IMG/VR virus record: IMGVR_UViG_3300044623_000912
Location: 1 to 33,938 of that record
Origin: a virus
Lineage: Duplodnaviria > Caudoviricetes
Direction: 5' to 3' (one strand)
Length of the DNA: 33,938 nucleotides
The position numbers and the translations under genes are program-made. Shown here in pieces: positions 1 through 7,463 of the stretch. Every line of letters begins with the position of its first letter. Positions within the stretch are counted from its first letter, which is position 1. The notes beneath the pieces were generated by a model that did not search any database, was not told the origin of the DNA, and saw only the letters and a list, made by a program, of their open reading frames with translations.

Positions 1-2
1 GG

Positions 3-800
3 AACGTAGGAGTTGGTGGTTTTTCGGAATTAGATTTAGCAAGAGATCCACAACAATCATCGGCAAATGCAGCTTTTGGCGATAGTGTGATTTACTTATT
101 AAACCAGCCATTACCTTCTACAGTTAGACCATTAAAATTTGCAGGCGCGTGGATGTTTGAATCAGAAAGTGACGAAGATAATTCGGAAAAAGAAGAATTA
201 CTGAATGTTACTAGCTTGAATGAAAAAGACTTCTTTGCGGGCATGGGTTTTTGTATCAACCAATTTAAACTTGTTACGCCTATGGTATTATTTGTAGAGA
301 GAGGACAAGAAGAACAACTCTATAATTTCCGAGGTATAACGGAACAACTACGGTCTCGTCAGTTAGGGGGGCAGTTTCTTTTTGCTACTGAGTTTGAATT
401 GAATGGGATAAATTCTACCTTAGCTAGTAGAAACACAATCCACCCTACTCTTGGAAGCCTAGCTACTTACTTCAGGAATTATTATACCGAAAACCCAGAT
501 GAGCAGCCACCACCTGCTGATCCTGCGAATTTTTTCAACGACCCTATTTATCGCCGTTATCATCTAACTTCAATTACGGGCGACTCAGGTACGCCAATGT
601 TTTTTGAGGGCGATAATGGAGAGCTTGGTTTTGTGGGTTTGGTTAGTGGCGGTCACTCCTATTTATGGCACTATGAATCGCTCCCTACCCTCAATCGAAT
701 CATCGACGACCTGAAGGCATTCGCAACTTATACAGGCACACTGGAATACCCGCAGATCATGGCAAAACCCACAAACACCAGCAAGGTTGAACGCCCATGA
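3..800 (+). CDS. 5'-truncated protein with C-terminal trypsin-like (S1/PA clan) serine protease domain; probably virion/tail-associated
   Basis: Frame is open from nt 3, so the true start lies left of the window. Motifs GDSVIYLLNQPLPSTVRPLKF (catalytic-Asp region) and TGDSGTPMF...FVGLVSGG (catalytic Ser). Visibly AT-richer than the rest. Confidence 0.6.
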   Translation, partial: NVGVGGFSELDLARDPQQSSANAAFGDSVIYLLNQPLPSTVRPLKFAGAWMFESESDEDNSEKEELLNVTSLNEKDFFAGMGFCINQFKLVTPMVLFVERGQEEQLYNFRGITEQLRSRQLGGQFLFATEFELNGINSTLASRNTIHPTLGSLATYFRNYYTENPDEQPPPADPANFFNDPIYRRYHLTSITGDSGTPMFFEGDNGELGFVGLVSGGHSYLWHYESLPTLNRIIDDLKAFATYTGTLEYPQIMAKPTNTSKVERP

Positions 801-1111
801 AATTACTAATCCTACTCCTTGCCTTAGCCCTGCCTCTTGCAGCAGAGCGTACTGTTACATTTGCGTGGGATGCTACGCCAGATGCGGATACATACACGTT
901 GTATGTGAACGGGGTGCCAGCAGGTACCACTACTGAAACGCAGATCACAGTACAAATACCAGATGCTAAAACAAATGCAAACGTCACTGCCAGCAACATT
1001 GCTGGGGAGAGCGAGAAATCGGCGACGCTCGTCGTGCCGCCCGCACCAAGTATCCCGAAATCATTTCGAATCTCAAAAATCGTCAGAACTACAACCGCCA
1101 TCCCAAAATGA
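797..1111 (+). CDS. Secreted fibronectin type III/Ig-like protein
   Basis: Signal peptide MKLLILLLALALPLAA; FN3-like pattern VTFAWD..Y.LYVNG...VTASN.AGESEKS; ATGA overlap with upstream ORF. Confidence 0.65.
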   Translation: MKLLILLLALALPLAAERTVTFAWDATPDADTYTLYVNGVPAGTTTETQITVQIPDAKTNANVTASNIAGESEKSATLVVPPAPSIPKSFRISKIVRTTTAIPK

Positions 1112-1112
1112 A

Positions 1113-1301
1113 ATGAATCCATTTGATCACGCCGACCTTGGTACCAAATTTATCTACGGAATCGGCGCACCCATTGCCGGGCTAACGCTCAACATTGTTC
1201 CCGCAGAAATTAACCCGTGGCTTCAGACATTTGCGTTACTCGCAGCCATCATCGTTTCAACTCTTTCCGCCGCCTCCATCATCGCTAAAAATTTAAAATG
1301 A
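1113..1301 (+). CDS. Small two-TM membrane protein, holin-like (62 aa)
   Basis: ATG at 1113 within track ORF 963..1301: MNPFDHADLGTKFIYGIGAPIAGLTLNIVP...WLQTFALLAAIIVSTLSAASIIAKNLK; two hydrophobic segments, basic C-terminus. Confidence 0.55.
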   Translation: MNPFDHADLGTKFIYGIGAPIAGLTLNIVPAEINPWLQTFALLAAIIVSTLSAASIIAKNLK

Positions 1302-1459
1302 AAACCACCATACTCGGACTGCTTTGCGCAGCCGCCGCCGCCATCCAAGGCATCGTCCAAGCAGGTCATTCGATTGAGGATTGGAAGACGTGGATTTTAC
1401 CCGTCACCCTGGCTGTTCTCGGCTACCTCGCGAAAGACGCAACCCCGGCGACACCATGA
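1298..1459 (+). CDS. Small two-TM membrane protein, holin-like (53 aa; not in ORF track)
   Basis: Manual translation MKTTILGLLCAAAAAIQGIVQAGHSIEDWKTWILPVTLAVLGYLAKDATPATP; ATGA overlaps at both ends. Confidence 0.65.
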   Translation: MKTTILGLLCAAAAAIQGIVQAGHSIEDWKTWILPVTLAVLGYLAKDATPATP

Positions 1460-1596
1460 AAACCCTCATCGCACTCATCATCGCCGCCACGCTGAGTTCC
1501 TGCACCATCACAAACAATCCAGATGGGTCGTTTACCGGGGCCGTGGACTCAGCGTCCGCCATCGCCATCGCGAACCAGATTTTCTCCGAGAAATGA
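1456..1596 (+). CDS. Small lipoprotein (46 aa), o-spanin-like by position
   Basis: MKTLIALIIAATLSS-C signal with lipobox LSSC; ATGA-coupled within lysis cassette. Confidence 0.6.
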   Translation: MKTLIALIIAATLSSCTITNNPDGSFTGAVDSASAIAIANQIFSEK

Positions 1597-1736
1597 CAGT
1601 CATCCTCATGCTGGTTCTGAAATGGCTCCTCCTCCTATTGGGGGCGGCGGCCGTCATAGCGTTGGTGCTGTTGTGCGGCGTGATTTTTTTGGACTACCAT
1701 GTGGATCGGATCAGCGAAAAAAATAAAGACCCGTGA
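1593..1736 (+). CDS. Small membrane protein (47 aa)
   Basis: MTVILMLVLKWLLLLLGAAAVIALVLLCGVIFLDYHVDRISEKNKDP; ATGA/GTGA coupled. Confidence 0.55.
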   Translation: MTVILMLVLKWLLLLLGAAAVIALVLLCGVIFLDYHVDRISEKNKDP

Positions 1737-2296
1737 CCAAGAACCAAATCATGGCCATGCAGGAGCGCGTCGGCACCCCAGTGGATGGGTTCTGGGGGCC
1801 ACAAAGCATTGCCGCCTGCCAGCGCCATCTTTACGGCTTCATTCGCCAGGTGAAGCCATGGCCGCGACCCGATGCGGCAAGCCTCGAAAAATTCTTTGGA
1901 GAGCCCGGGGATGAATCGCAACTCGTCTCGCTCATGGTTCCCACCCTCGGCGTGGAATACGACGGCAAGGCCGTGAAATCCATCCGCTGCCACCACCGAG
2001 TGGCCGAGCCCCTTCAGCGCGTGCTCACCGAGCTCGCCGCCGGCCCCCACGCGGGCCTCCTCAAACGCTACGCGGGATGTTACAACCTCCGAAAAAAACG
2101 CGGCGGGAACAGTTACTCTCTCCACGCCTACGGTGCCGCCATCGATCTCGATCCAGAATCTAACGCATTCCACGACTCATGGCCCATGCAATCGACCATG
2201 CCGTTAGAAGTCATGGAGACATTCGCAAAAGAGGGATTCAAGTCCGGCGGATCCAGTTGGGGATTTGATAGCATGCATTTCGAGGCGACGAATTGA
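1733..2296 (+). CDS. Endolysin: peptidoglycan-binding N-terminus plus M15 family zinc peptidase
   Basis: Q..VG..VDGFWGPQS PG-binding motif; SLHAYGAAIDL and DSMHFE Zn-ligand motifs. Confidence 0.9.
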   Translation: MTKNQIMAMQERVGTPVDGFWGPQSIAACQRHLYGFIRQVKPWPRPDAASLEKFFGEPGDESQLVSLMVPTLGVEYDGKAVKSIRCHHRVAEPLQRVLTELAAGPHAGLLKRYAGCYNLRKKRGGNSYSLHAYGAAIDLDPESNAFHDSWPMQSTMPLEVMETFAKEGFKSGGSSWGFDSMHFEATN

Positions 2297-2308
2297 CCTG
2301 GTGAAATC

Positions 2309-2501
2309 CAGCGGATCACTTGCGGATCAGAGGCTAATTTTCCTTGATTTTACTACATTGTCATTAGGTTCGAGCCCTTGTGAGGCTACTTTTTCCAGCG
2401 TTCATTCGCGCTGTTTTCCTTATAGAATAAGGGATTTATTTTTTAGGAAATCCCAATGAACGCTATGAGAGCTGCATTTCAGCGGATCATTTGCGGATCA
2501 C
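2309..2501. other. attP site: tRNA 3'-end core with integrase arm-type repeats
   Basis: Core-like AGGTTCGAGCCCTTGTGAGGCTAC (2366-2389) resembles T-loop plus acceptor 3' strand. CAGCGGATCA(C/T)TTGCGGATCA at 2309 and 2480. Directly downstream of the integrase. Confidence 0.75.
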
Positions 2502-3703
2502 GCAATCTGTTTTCTGCTAGGCTTTTTGTTAGGACGCACGGCAAACCACTCGCGCCCAGATTGGGCGGGTTGGGGGTTGTGGTAATGCCGGTGGAGCATC
2601 GCCACGGAATTTCCCATTTCCTCGGCCACTTGATCGAGGTTTCTGACGATGGCGTTTCGGTAACTCCCGTAGGAATGCCGGAGCGCGTCCTTGGGCCATA
2701 GGCCACCGAATAGATCTCGGCCCAGGCGGGCGAGCTGATGGGTCTGGCTGGGGTTTTGGAGGGTGGTGGGGCCAGTCATGCCGGGGCCGATGAGCGCCCA
2801 CTTGAGTCCTGCGATGAGGGCTTCGCTCATGGGGATGATGCGGGGGCGGTTGGTCTTGCTCACGACCGCGGGAAGGCGGATGACTTTGAAGTCCCAGTCG
2901 ATCTCCTCGCAGTGGAGTCCGCGCTTGGCTTTTTTCTTGTTGATGCCGGGGGCGATCTCGTCCGGGCGGATGCCGGCGAAGGCACCGAGGATGACCCATG
3001 CACGGAATTCTGGTTCGACATGGGCCATGATGGATTGCAGCTCGGCCACGCTGAGGATGCGCTTTTCTCCTGTTTCGACTTTCACGGCGGGCAGGCGCTC
3101 GGCCACGGTGATGGGCTCGCTGCCTGCGATGCCCTGGCGGAGACTCCAGCGCCAGAAGGTGACCAAGACGGCGCGGATGTCCCGCTGGGTCTTACTGGCT
3201 TTGCCTTTGCCCTTGGCTGTCCACCAGGCGGCGAGCTCGGGGAGGTGGATCTCTGAGACTCGGCGGGATGGGAATGCGGCGGCGAGGTGGGCGAGCGTGC
3301 TGCCGACGGCGGCGAGGTGGGGCGTGAGCTCTCCGGCCTCTGATGTCTTGTGGGCGATGAATGCGGCGACGGCGGTTTCTACTTCCGCGGAGCTGTCTCG
3401 GGAGCGGAGGAATGCAAGCAGGGATGGCCGCTCGCTGGGTGGGGTGCGGCGGTGGACTTCCTCTAGGAATTTCTGGGTGTCGGTATCGAGGCCACTCCAG
3501 GTGAGGCCTGCTGGGGTTTCGCGGAGGATCTGGGTGGCCGCGTGCTCGGCGGCGACCTTGGTCTTGAAGGTGCGGTATTTGCGAACGCCGGCATCGAGGA
3601 ACGCAAATCGCCAACGCTTGGCCCCGGTGGTGGGATGCTCCCACGGGTAAACCGTGAGGTGGCTATTCCCCAGAATAATTTTGTTTCGGCGTTTGGCAGT
3701 CAT
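2498..3703 (-). CDS. int: Tyrosine recombinase (phage integrase)
   Basis: AGIRPDEI (R), SKT (K), LRHSYGSY (HxxR variant), MGNS...HRHY (catalytic Y); N-terminal arm-binding-like segment. Confidence 0.95.
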   Translation of the reverse strand: MTAKRRNKIILGNSHLTVYPWEHPTTGAKRWRFAFLDAGVRKYRTFKTKVAAEHAATQILRETPAGLTWSGLDTDTQKFLEEVHRRTPPSERPSLLAFLRSRDSSAEVETAVAAFIAHKTSEAGELTPHLAAVGSTLAHLAAAFPSRRVSEIHLPELAAWWTAKGKGKASKTQRDIRAVLVTFWRWSLRQGIAGSEPITVAERLPAVKVETGEKRILSVAELQSIMAHVEPEFRAWVILGAFAGIRPDEIAPGINKKKAKRGLHCEEIDWDFKVIRLPAVVSKTNRPRIIPMSEALIAGLKWALIGPGMTGPTTLQNPSQTHQLARLGRDLFGGLWPKDALRHSYGSYRNAIVRNLDQVAEEMGNSVAMLHRHYHNPQPAQSGREWFAVRPNKKPSRKQIA

Positions 3704-3734
3704 ACGGTGAAGAAATAAACAAGTGATTTGTATG

Positions 3735-3792
3735 AGTAAGTTAGAAACAAGAGGTTTCTAACTCACTGACTCGCTGGGCCCGCCCACGGGCC
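3735..3792 (-). promoter_or_regulatory. Double-hairpin element containing 21 nt identical to 9372-9392
   Basis: Minus-strand hairpins GGCCCG-UGGG-CGGGCC (3777-3792) and AGUGAGUUAGAAAC-CUCUU-GUUUCUAACUUACU (3735-3767). Confidence 0.6.
3762..3782 (+). repeat. 21-bp exact direct repeat, copy 1 (CTCACTGACTCGCTGGGCCCG)
   Basis: Identical to 9372-9392 by direct comparison. Confidence 0.95.
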
Positions 3793-4178
3793 TATGATGA
3801 GTTCTTGCTGTGAGTACCGTTGCGTTTTTCCACAACTGTTTTCATGTCTGCCTCCGTTGCGTCGTTGAGAGTTCTTTTTGCCCACTCGCGAACGGTTTCA
3901 TGATTTTGCAGTGCAGCCTGTTCGATGGGCGCGTATTGCTTGGAATTAAATTCTAACACCAGCGTGTGAGGCGGGGCGGCTTGGGCTGCGGCGGTGTCTT
4001 CGTCCATCAGTTTTCGGATGGTGATTTGATGCTCCGGAGGGATGGGACGACCATCGCCTTTTTTATTGAGCCACATTCCGACGTTAGAAAGGCTAGTATT
4101 ACATCTGTTAGCTAACCACTCTCGTCCTCTCCTATTGTCTGCAAGCCATTGATTCACAGGCTCTCTGGTTATTTTCAT
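3792..4178 (-). CDS. Immunity repressor: XRE-type HTH plus C-terminal RHH-like domain
   Basis: REWLANRCNTSLSNVGMWL HTH; TLVLEFNSKQYAPIEQAALQNHETVREWAKRTL resembles a ribbon-helix-helix; divergent from early operon, upstream of int. Confidence 0.75.
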   Translation of the reverse strand: MKITREPVNQWLADNRRGREWLANRCNTSLSNVGMWLNKKGDGRPIPPEHQITIRKLMDEDTAAAQAAPPHTLVLEFNSKQYAPIEQAALQNHETVREWAKRTLNDATEADMKTVVEKRNGTHSKNSS

Positions 4179-4183
4179 GATTT

Positions 4184-4261
4184 AAATTAACCGATGCAGA
4201 AAATAAAACAACAAAAAACACACATAATGTGTTGACTAATGCCACAATTTGTGTTTTTAAT
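4184..4261. promoter_or_regulatory. Divergent promoters with two operator palindromes
   Basis: CACATAATGTG (4221-4231) and CACAATTTGTG (4243-4253). Rightward TTGACT(4232)-18 nt-TTTAAT(4256). Leftward TAATTT (4184-4189) 5 nt before the repressor ATG. Confidence 0.65.
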
Positions 4262-4281
4262 AACGCATCAGTAAGCGACAC

Positions 4282-4437
4282 ATGCATTCGATATCTCTTC
4301 AATACACCGACCTGAGCGCCGCCGCCATGGTCAAAATCTTTCAACTGGCCGACCTGCTCGGCATCACCCCCCGCGATGCGGCCAAGGTTTATCTGGCTGC
4401 CCAGGCGAAGAAGGCGGACGGCCCGCAACCCACTTGA
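4282..4437 (+). CDS. Cro-position small protein, RHH-like (51 aa; not in ORF track)
   Basis: Manual translation MHSISLQYTDLSAAAMVKIFQLADLLGITPRDAAKVYLAAQAKKADGPQPT; first ORF after the rightward promoter. Confidence 0.55.
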   Translation: MHSISLQYTDLSAAAMVKIFQLADLLGITPRDAAKVYLAAQAKKADGPQPT

Positions 4438-4442
4438 ATCTT

Positions 4443-5207
4443 ATGATCAACAACAATGAAATCTCGTTCGTGGGTCTGGATCGCATCATCGATGCGGCGC
4501 CCGAAAGTTCGGTGCCGGCGGTGATGGCTCCGAGCGGCCTGACGATGTCGTCTCTGCAAATCGCATCGAGCACCGGCAAGCGGCATGACCATGTTCTTCG
4601 CGACATTGAAAGCATTCTGGCGGAAGCCGGAATCGATGCCCCCAAATTTGGGGACACCTACCGCGACGCTCAAAACCGCGAACAGAAGTGCTACCAACTC
4701 CCGCGCCGCGAGTGTGACTTGGTCATCTCTGGGTACTCGGTGAAGTACCGCCTTGCCATCATCGACCGGTGGCACGACCTCGAAGGTAAACAATCGTTTA
4801 AACAGGTGTTTGAAACACCTAGAACAATCGGTGAGGCGTTGCGGTTGGCTGCGGATCTGAGCGACCAGGTGGCGGGCTTGGAGATGAGCGTGTGTGAGAT
4901 GACGCCGAAAGCGGCGGCCATGGATCGGTTGTCGGGGAGTGAGGGCTCGATGTGCGTTTCCAACGCAGCGAAGGATTTGAGCCTGCGCCCGGCGGATTTA
5001 TTTGAGTGGTTGAGAGCAAACCGCTGGATCTTCCGCCGCGGTGCGGACTGGGTCGCATTCCAGTGGGTGCTGGATAAGGGACTGCTGGAGCACAAGACGG
5101 CGTCTTTCTCCCGCTCGGACGGCAGCGATAAGATCACCAGCCAGGTGCGGGTGACGCCAAAAGGTTTAGGGAAACTGGCAGGATTGGTAGGGGGGGCACG
5201 ACCATGA
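4443..5207 (+). CDS. Rha-family / ANT(KilA-C) antirepressor
   Basis: MSSLQIA..TGKRHDHVLRDI and Y.D.QNR...CYQL (Rha); AAKDL...LFEWLR...RVTPKG (ANT/KilAC). Alternative TTG start at 4434. Confidence 0.9.
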   Translation: MINNNEISFVGLDRIIDAAPESSVPAVMAPSGLTMSSLQIASSTGKRHDHVLRDIESILAEAGIDAPKFGDTYRDAQNREQKCYQLPRRECDLVISGYSVKYRLAIIDRWHDLEGKQSFKQVFETPRTIGEALRLAADLSDQVAGLEMSVCEMTPKAAAMDRLSGSEGSMCVSNAAKDLSLRPADLFEWLRANRWIFRRGADWVAFQWVLDKGLLEHKTASFSRSDGSDKITSQVRVTPKGLGKLAGLVGGARP

Positions 5208-5485
5208 TCATGCACCCGCACGATCACATTCTGCGCTACCGCTTCGAGAGCGTGACGCGGCCAGAGATCGCCCATGTGGTGGATCTGGGTGCCTTCGATG
5301 GATTCGGGGAATGCTCTTGTGAAGATTTCGGCTACCGCGTGTTGCCAGTGCTGACGCGGAACCGCAACCCTCGGACGCCGCTGGGGCACATCGCTGACGA
5401 GACGACGCTGAAGCGGTGCAAGCATCTGCTGGCGGCTCGGGAATCCCTCCTGGATCAATTCATTTCGAGAATTTCTGAATCATGA
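5204..5485 (+). CDS. SWIM-like zinc-finger protein
   Basis: CSCEDF...CKH motif; ATGA coupled. Confidence 0.6.
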   Translation: MIMHPHDHILRYRFESVTRPEIAHVVDLGAFDGFGECSCEDFGYRVLPVLTRNRNPRTPLGHIADETTLKRCKHLLAARESLLDQFISRISES

Positions 5486-5721
5486 CACTATCACCCACAG
5501 ACAGGGCCGCGGTTATCGAACGCGCGGCGGACTTACTCGCCGCTGCCATTCGCAAGGAATGTGATTTAGCGGAACTCATGACCGTGCCGGTGGCAATGGT
5601 CACTCAACTCACCGGGCTGTCCCGCTCGCAAGTGGAGCGGACATTCACGCTGCGGCCGATGGGCAAGCGGCGGAACGGGATCTCCATGAAGGCCCTGCAA
5701 CAATACCACCACGAATTATGA
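5482..5721 (+). CDS. Small HTH protein, possible excisionase
   Basis: VAMVTQLTGLSRSQVER HTH-like segment; early-operon position. Confidence 0.45.
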   Translation: MTLSPTDRAAVIERAADLLAAAIRKECDLAELMTVPVAMVTQLTGLSRSQVERTFTLRPMGKRRNGISMKALQQYHHEL

Positions 5722-5795
5722 AATACATCCTCGCCGGCCTGATCGGCATCAACGCCACCATGTGGCTAATCGTCATCGTCCTCTACCAACAATGA
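5718..5795 (+). CDS. 25-aa hydrophobic peptide (not in ORF track)
   Basis: MKYILAGLIGINATMWLIVIVLYQQ; ATGA overlaps at both ends. Confidence 0.5.
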   Translation: MKYILAGLIGINATMWLIVIVLYQQ

Positions 5796-5941
5796 AACCT
5801 ATGAATCCATACATCCAACACCTCCCGAGGCCCCGTTCACGGCGGGCGCTGCGGCTCGCGCTGTTCGCCATGTTCATCAGCCTGGCGAGTGCTCTGTTAT
5901 TTTTCGCGGCCATCGCGGCCAGTTTCTCTTACCTCCGCTAA
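5792..5941 (+). CDS. 49-aa single-TM protein (not in ORF track)
   Basis: MKPMNPYIQHLPRPRSRRALRLALFAMFISLASALLFFAAIAASFSYLR; ATGA coupled. Confidence 0.5.
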   Translation: MKPMNPYIQHLPRPRSRRALRLALFAMFISLASALLFFAAIAASFSYLR

Positions 5942-5945
5942 ATTT

Positions 5946-6281
5946 ATGCCACTCCGTAGACCTAAATCCACCACCACCGACTACCGCCCGCCCTCTGTGA
6001 AACGAGGCTTTCCATTGGAGCGGGAGATTACCATCACGCGACCAAGGGCGGCAGCGTCTCGAAATGATCCGTGGGATGCCTATGCTGCCCGGGATGCGAA
6101 GGAAGCCGCGGAGCATGACCGTGCGGTGTCTGGGCTGAAGCTGGAAACCGCGCTGGCGATGGCAAAGGATCTGGGTGGGCGCCCCGCGCATGACCGCCGT
6201 GATCACGAGCAACGCTGGGTGATGGGCCGACGTGCGGCGGTGCTGCGGATGTTGCTTACCATGAGGGGGGCACTGGCATGA
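5946..6281 (+). CDS. Hypothetical protein
   Basis: ATG 5946 just after previous stop; ATGA overlap with next gene. Confidence 0.55.
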   Translation: MPLRRPKSTTTDYRPPSVKRGFPLEREITITRPRAAASRNDPWDAYAARDAKEAAEHDRAVSGLKLETALAMAKDLGGRPAHDRRDHEQRWVMGRRAAVLRMLLTMRGALA

Positions 6282-6526
6282 CATTTGCGACTGATATTTT
6301 AAAAAAATCCCGCCGTGATTTGGTGGAGGTGCTCGAGGAAATGGGCGCGGTGGCGATGCATCTGAGCGAGGCGCTCACGGTGCCGAACACCGTGCTGTTT
6401 GCGGTGGCCTGTGTGGAAGACGCGCAGGCTGCGGTGGATAAGGCCATCATCGAGCTGAATGACATCCGCGATGCCATCGGACGGTGGGCCGCGATGGCGG
6501 AAGCATCCGAATCTGACGACAATTGA
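6278..6526 (+). CDS. Hypothetical helical protein
   Basis: Coupled ORF in early operon. Confidence 0.6.
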   Translation: MTFATDILKKSRRDLVEVLEEMGAVAMHLSEALTVPNTVLFAVACVEDAQAAVDKAIIELNDIRDAIGRWAAMAEASESDDN

Positions 6527-6879
6527 TGAGTCCGTTTAAAATTACATTACCTATACCACTGCTTGCCATCGGCCCGAACGGGCGGGTGCATTGGGCGAAA
6601 AAGTCGATGCTAGTGAAGCGTCACCGGGCGTTGGCGTGGGGGATGGTGCGGATGTCGGCGGCGTTGCGGGACATCAAGCCGACTGGCTATTCTCTGGCGT
6701 TTTATTTCCGGACGAACCGGCGGCGGGACGATGACAACGCCGAGGCCTGCTGCAAGGCGTACCGCGACGGCATCGCCGAGGCACTGAACATGGACGACCA
6801 CGATCTACCGAAGGCGGGGCTATCCACCTTCGCGGTGGATGCGAAAAACCCTCGATTAGAAATCACCCTGCACCTGTGA
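6526..6879 (+). CDS. rusA: RusA-like Holliday junction resolvase
   Basis: RRRDDDN...KAYRDGI...MDD catalytic motif; PRLEITL C-terminus. Confidence 0.8.
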   Translation: MSPFKITLPIPLLAIGPNGRVHWAKKSMLVKRHRALAWGMVRMSAALRDIKPTGYSLAFYFRTNRRRDDDNAEACCKAYRDGIAEALNMDDHDLPKAGLSTFAVDAKNPRLEITLHL

Positions 6880-7454
6880 ATTTAATTCCTGCGTCCAAGC
6901 GTCCGTTTGGGCACCCGGTGCCGGCGGAGGCACTGCCATGGTTTTGCCACCCGGTGCCTGGGCACATTTACCATTCACCGGCATTTGGCGCGGATGGGAA
7001 ACTTTATTGTTCCAACGGGTACATTGCGGTGAGATTTTTTAATTTTACCGAATCATTTGGGAGTGGCGGCGCGGCGATGCTTGAGCGCCTCCAGGGACTG
7101 GGCGGATGGTACCGTAGCCCGCACGAGGATGCGGCGGGATGGCGGAAGCTGGATGACTGCACTCTGGATCTATACCGCGACGGTGTCTTGCCGATGTGGG
7201 ATGCGAGCTCGGGGAAGGCGCGTTACTGCGTGGCGCCTGCGGTGGCGGTGAATGCCAGCCGGGTGATTCCTGCGGCCTCGTTGCAACTCGTCTCCAGGCT
7301 ACCGCGGGCTGAGGTGTACACGGCACCCGAGAGGCATTTGCCGGTTCCATTCCGATTCAACGGTGGCGAGGGGCTCATGGCCCGCCTGAGTGACCAGCAA
7401 ACCGAGAAGGCGGGGCGAATGCTCTGCCGGATATTTTTTCACCACACTACATAA
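6876..7454 (+). CDS. Hypothetical protein
   Basis: GTGA-coupled 192-aa ORF; no family recognised. Confidence 0.65.
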   Translation: MNLIPASKRPFGHPVPAEALPWFCHPVPGHIYHSPAFGADGKLYCSNGYIAVRFFNFTESFGSGGAAMLERLQGLGGWYRSPHEDAAGWRKLDDCTLDLYRDGVLPMWDASSGKARYCVAPAVAVNASRVIPAASLQLVSRLPRAEVYTAPERHLPVPFRFNGGEGLMARLSDQQTEKAGRMLCRIFFHHTT

Positions 7455-7463
7455 ATAAAAAAA

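Noticed and set aside
963-1112. 5' extensions of track ORFs 963..1301, 1374..1736, 1381..1596, 5889..6281 and 8739..9476
   Set aside because: They overlap better-supported genes; downstream ATGs coupled or adjacent to the previous stop give coherent proteins.
2340-2395. Complete tRNA gene
   Set aside because: Only the T-loop and acceptor 3' strand are present; no D or anticodon arm. Interpreted as att core.
2738-3650. Long plus-strand ORFs opposite the integrase, and similar shadow ORFs opposite terL, portal and the giant gene (e.g. 10898..11833, 31008..31790)
   Set aside because: Expected antisense or off-frame ORFs in GC-rich coding DNA; no recognisable motifs.
3740-3782. CRISPR mini-array (GTT...AAC palindrome next to a self-matching 21-mer)
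   Set aside because: Only one copy of the 23-nt palindrome and no cas gene in the window. A solitary crRNA mimic using host Cas cannot be excluded but has no support here.
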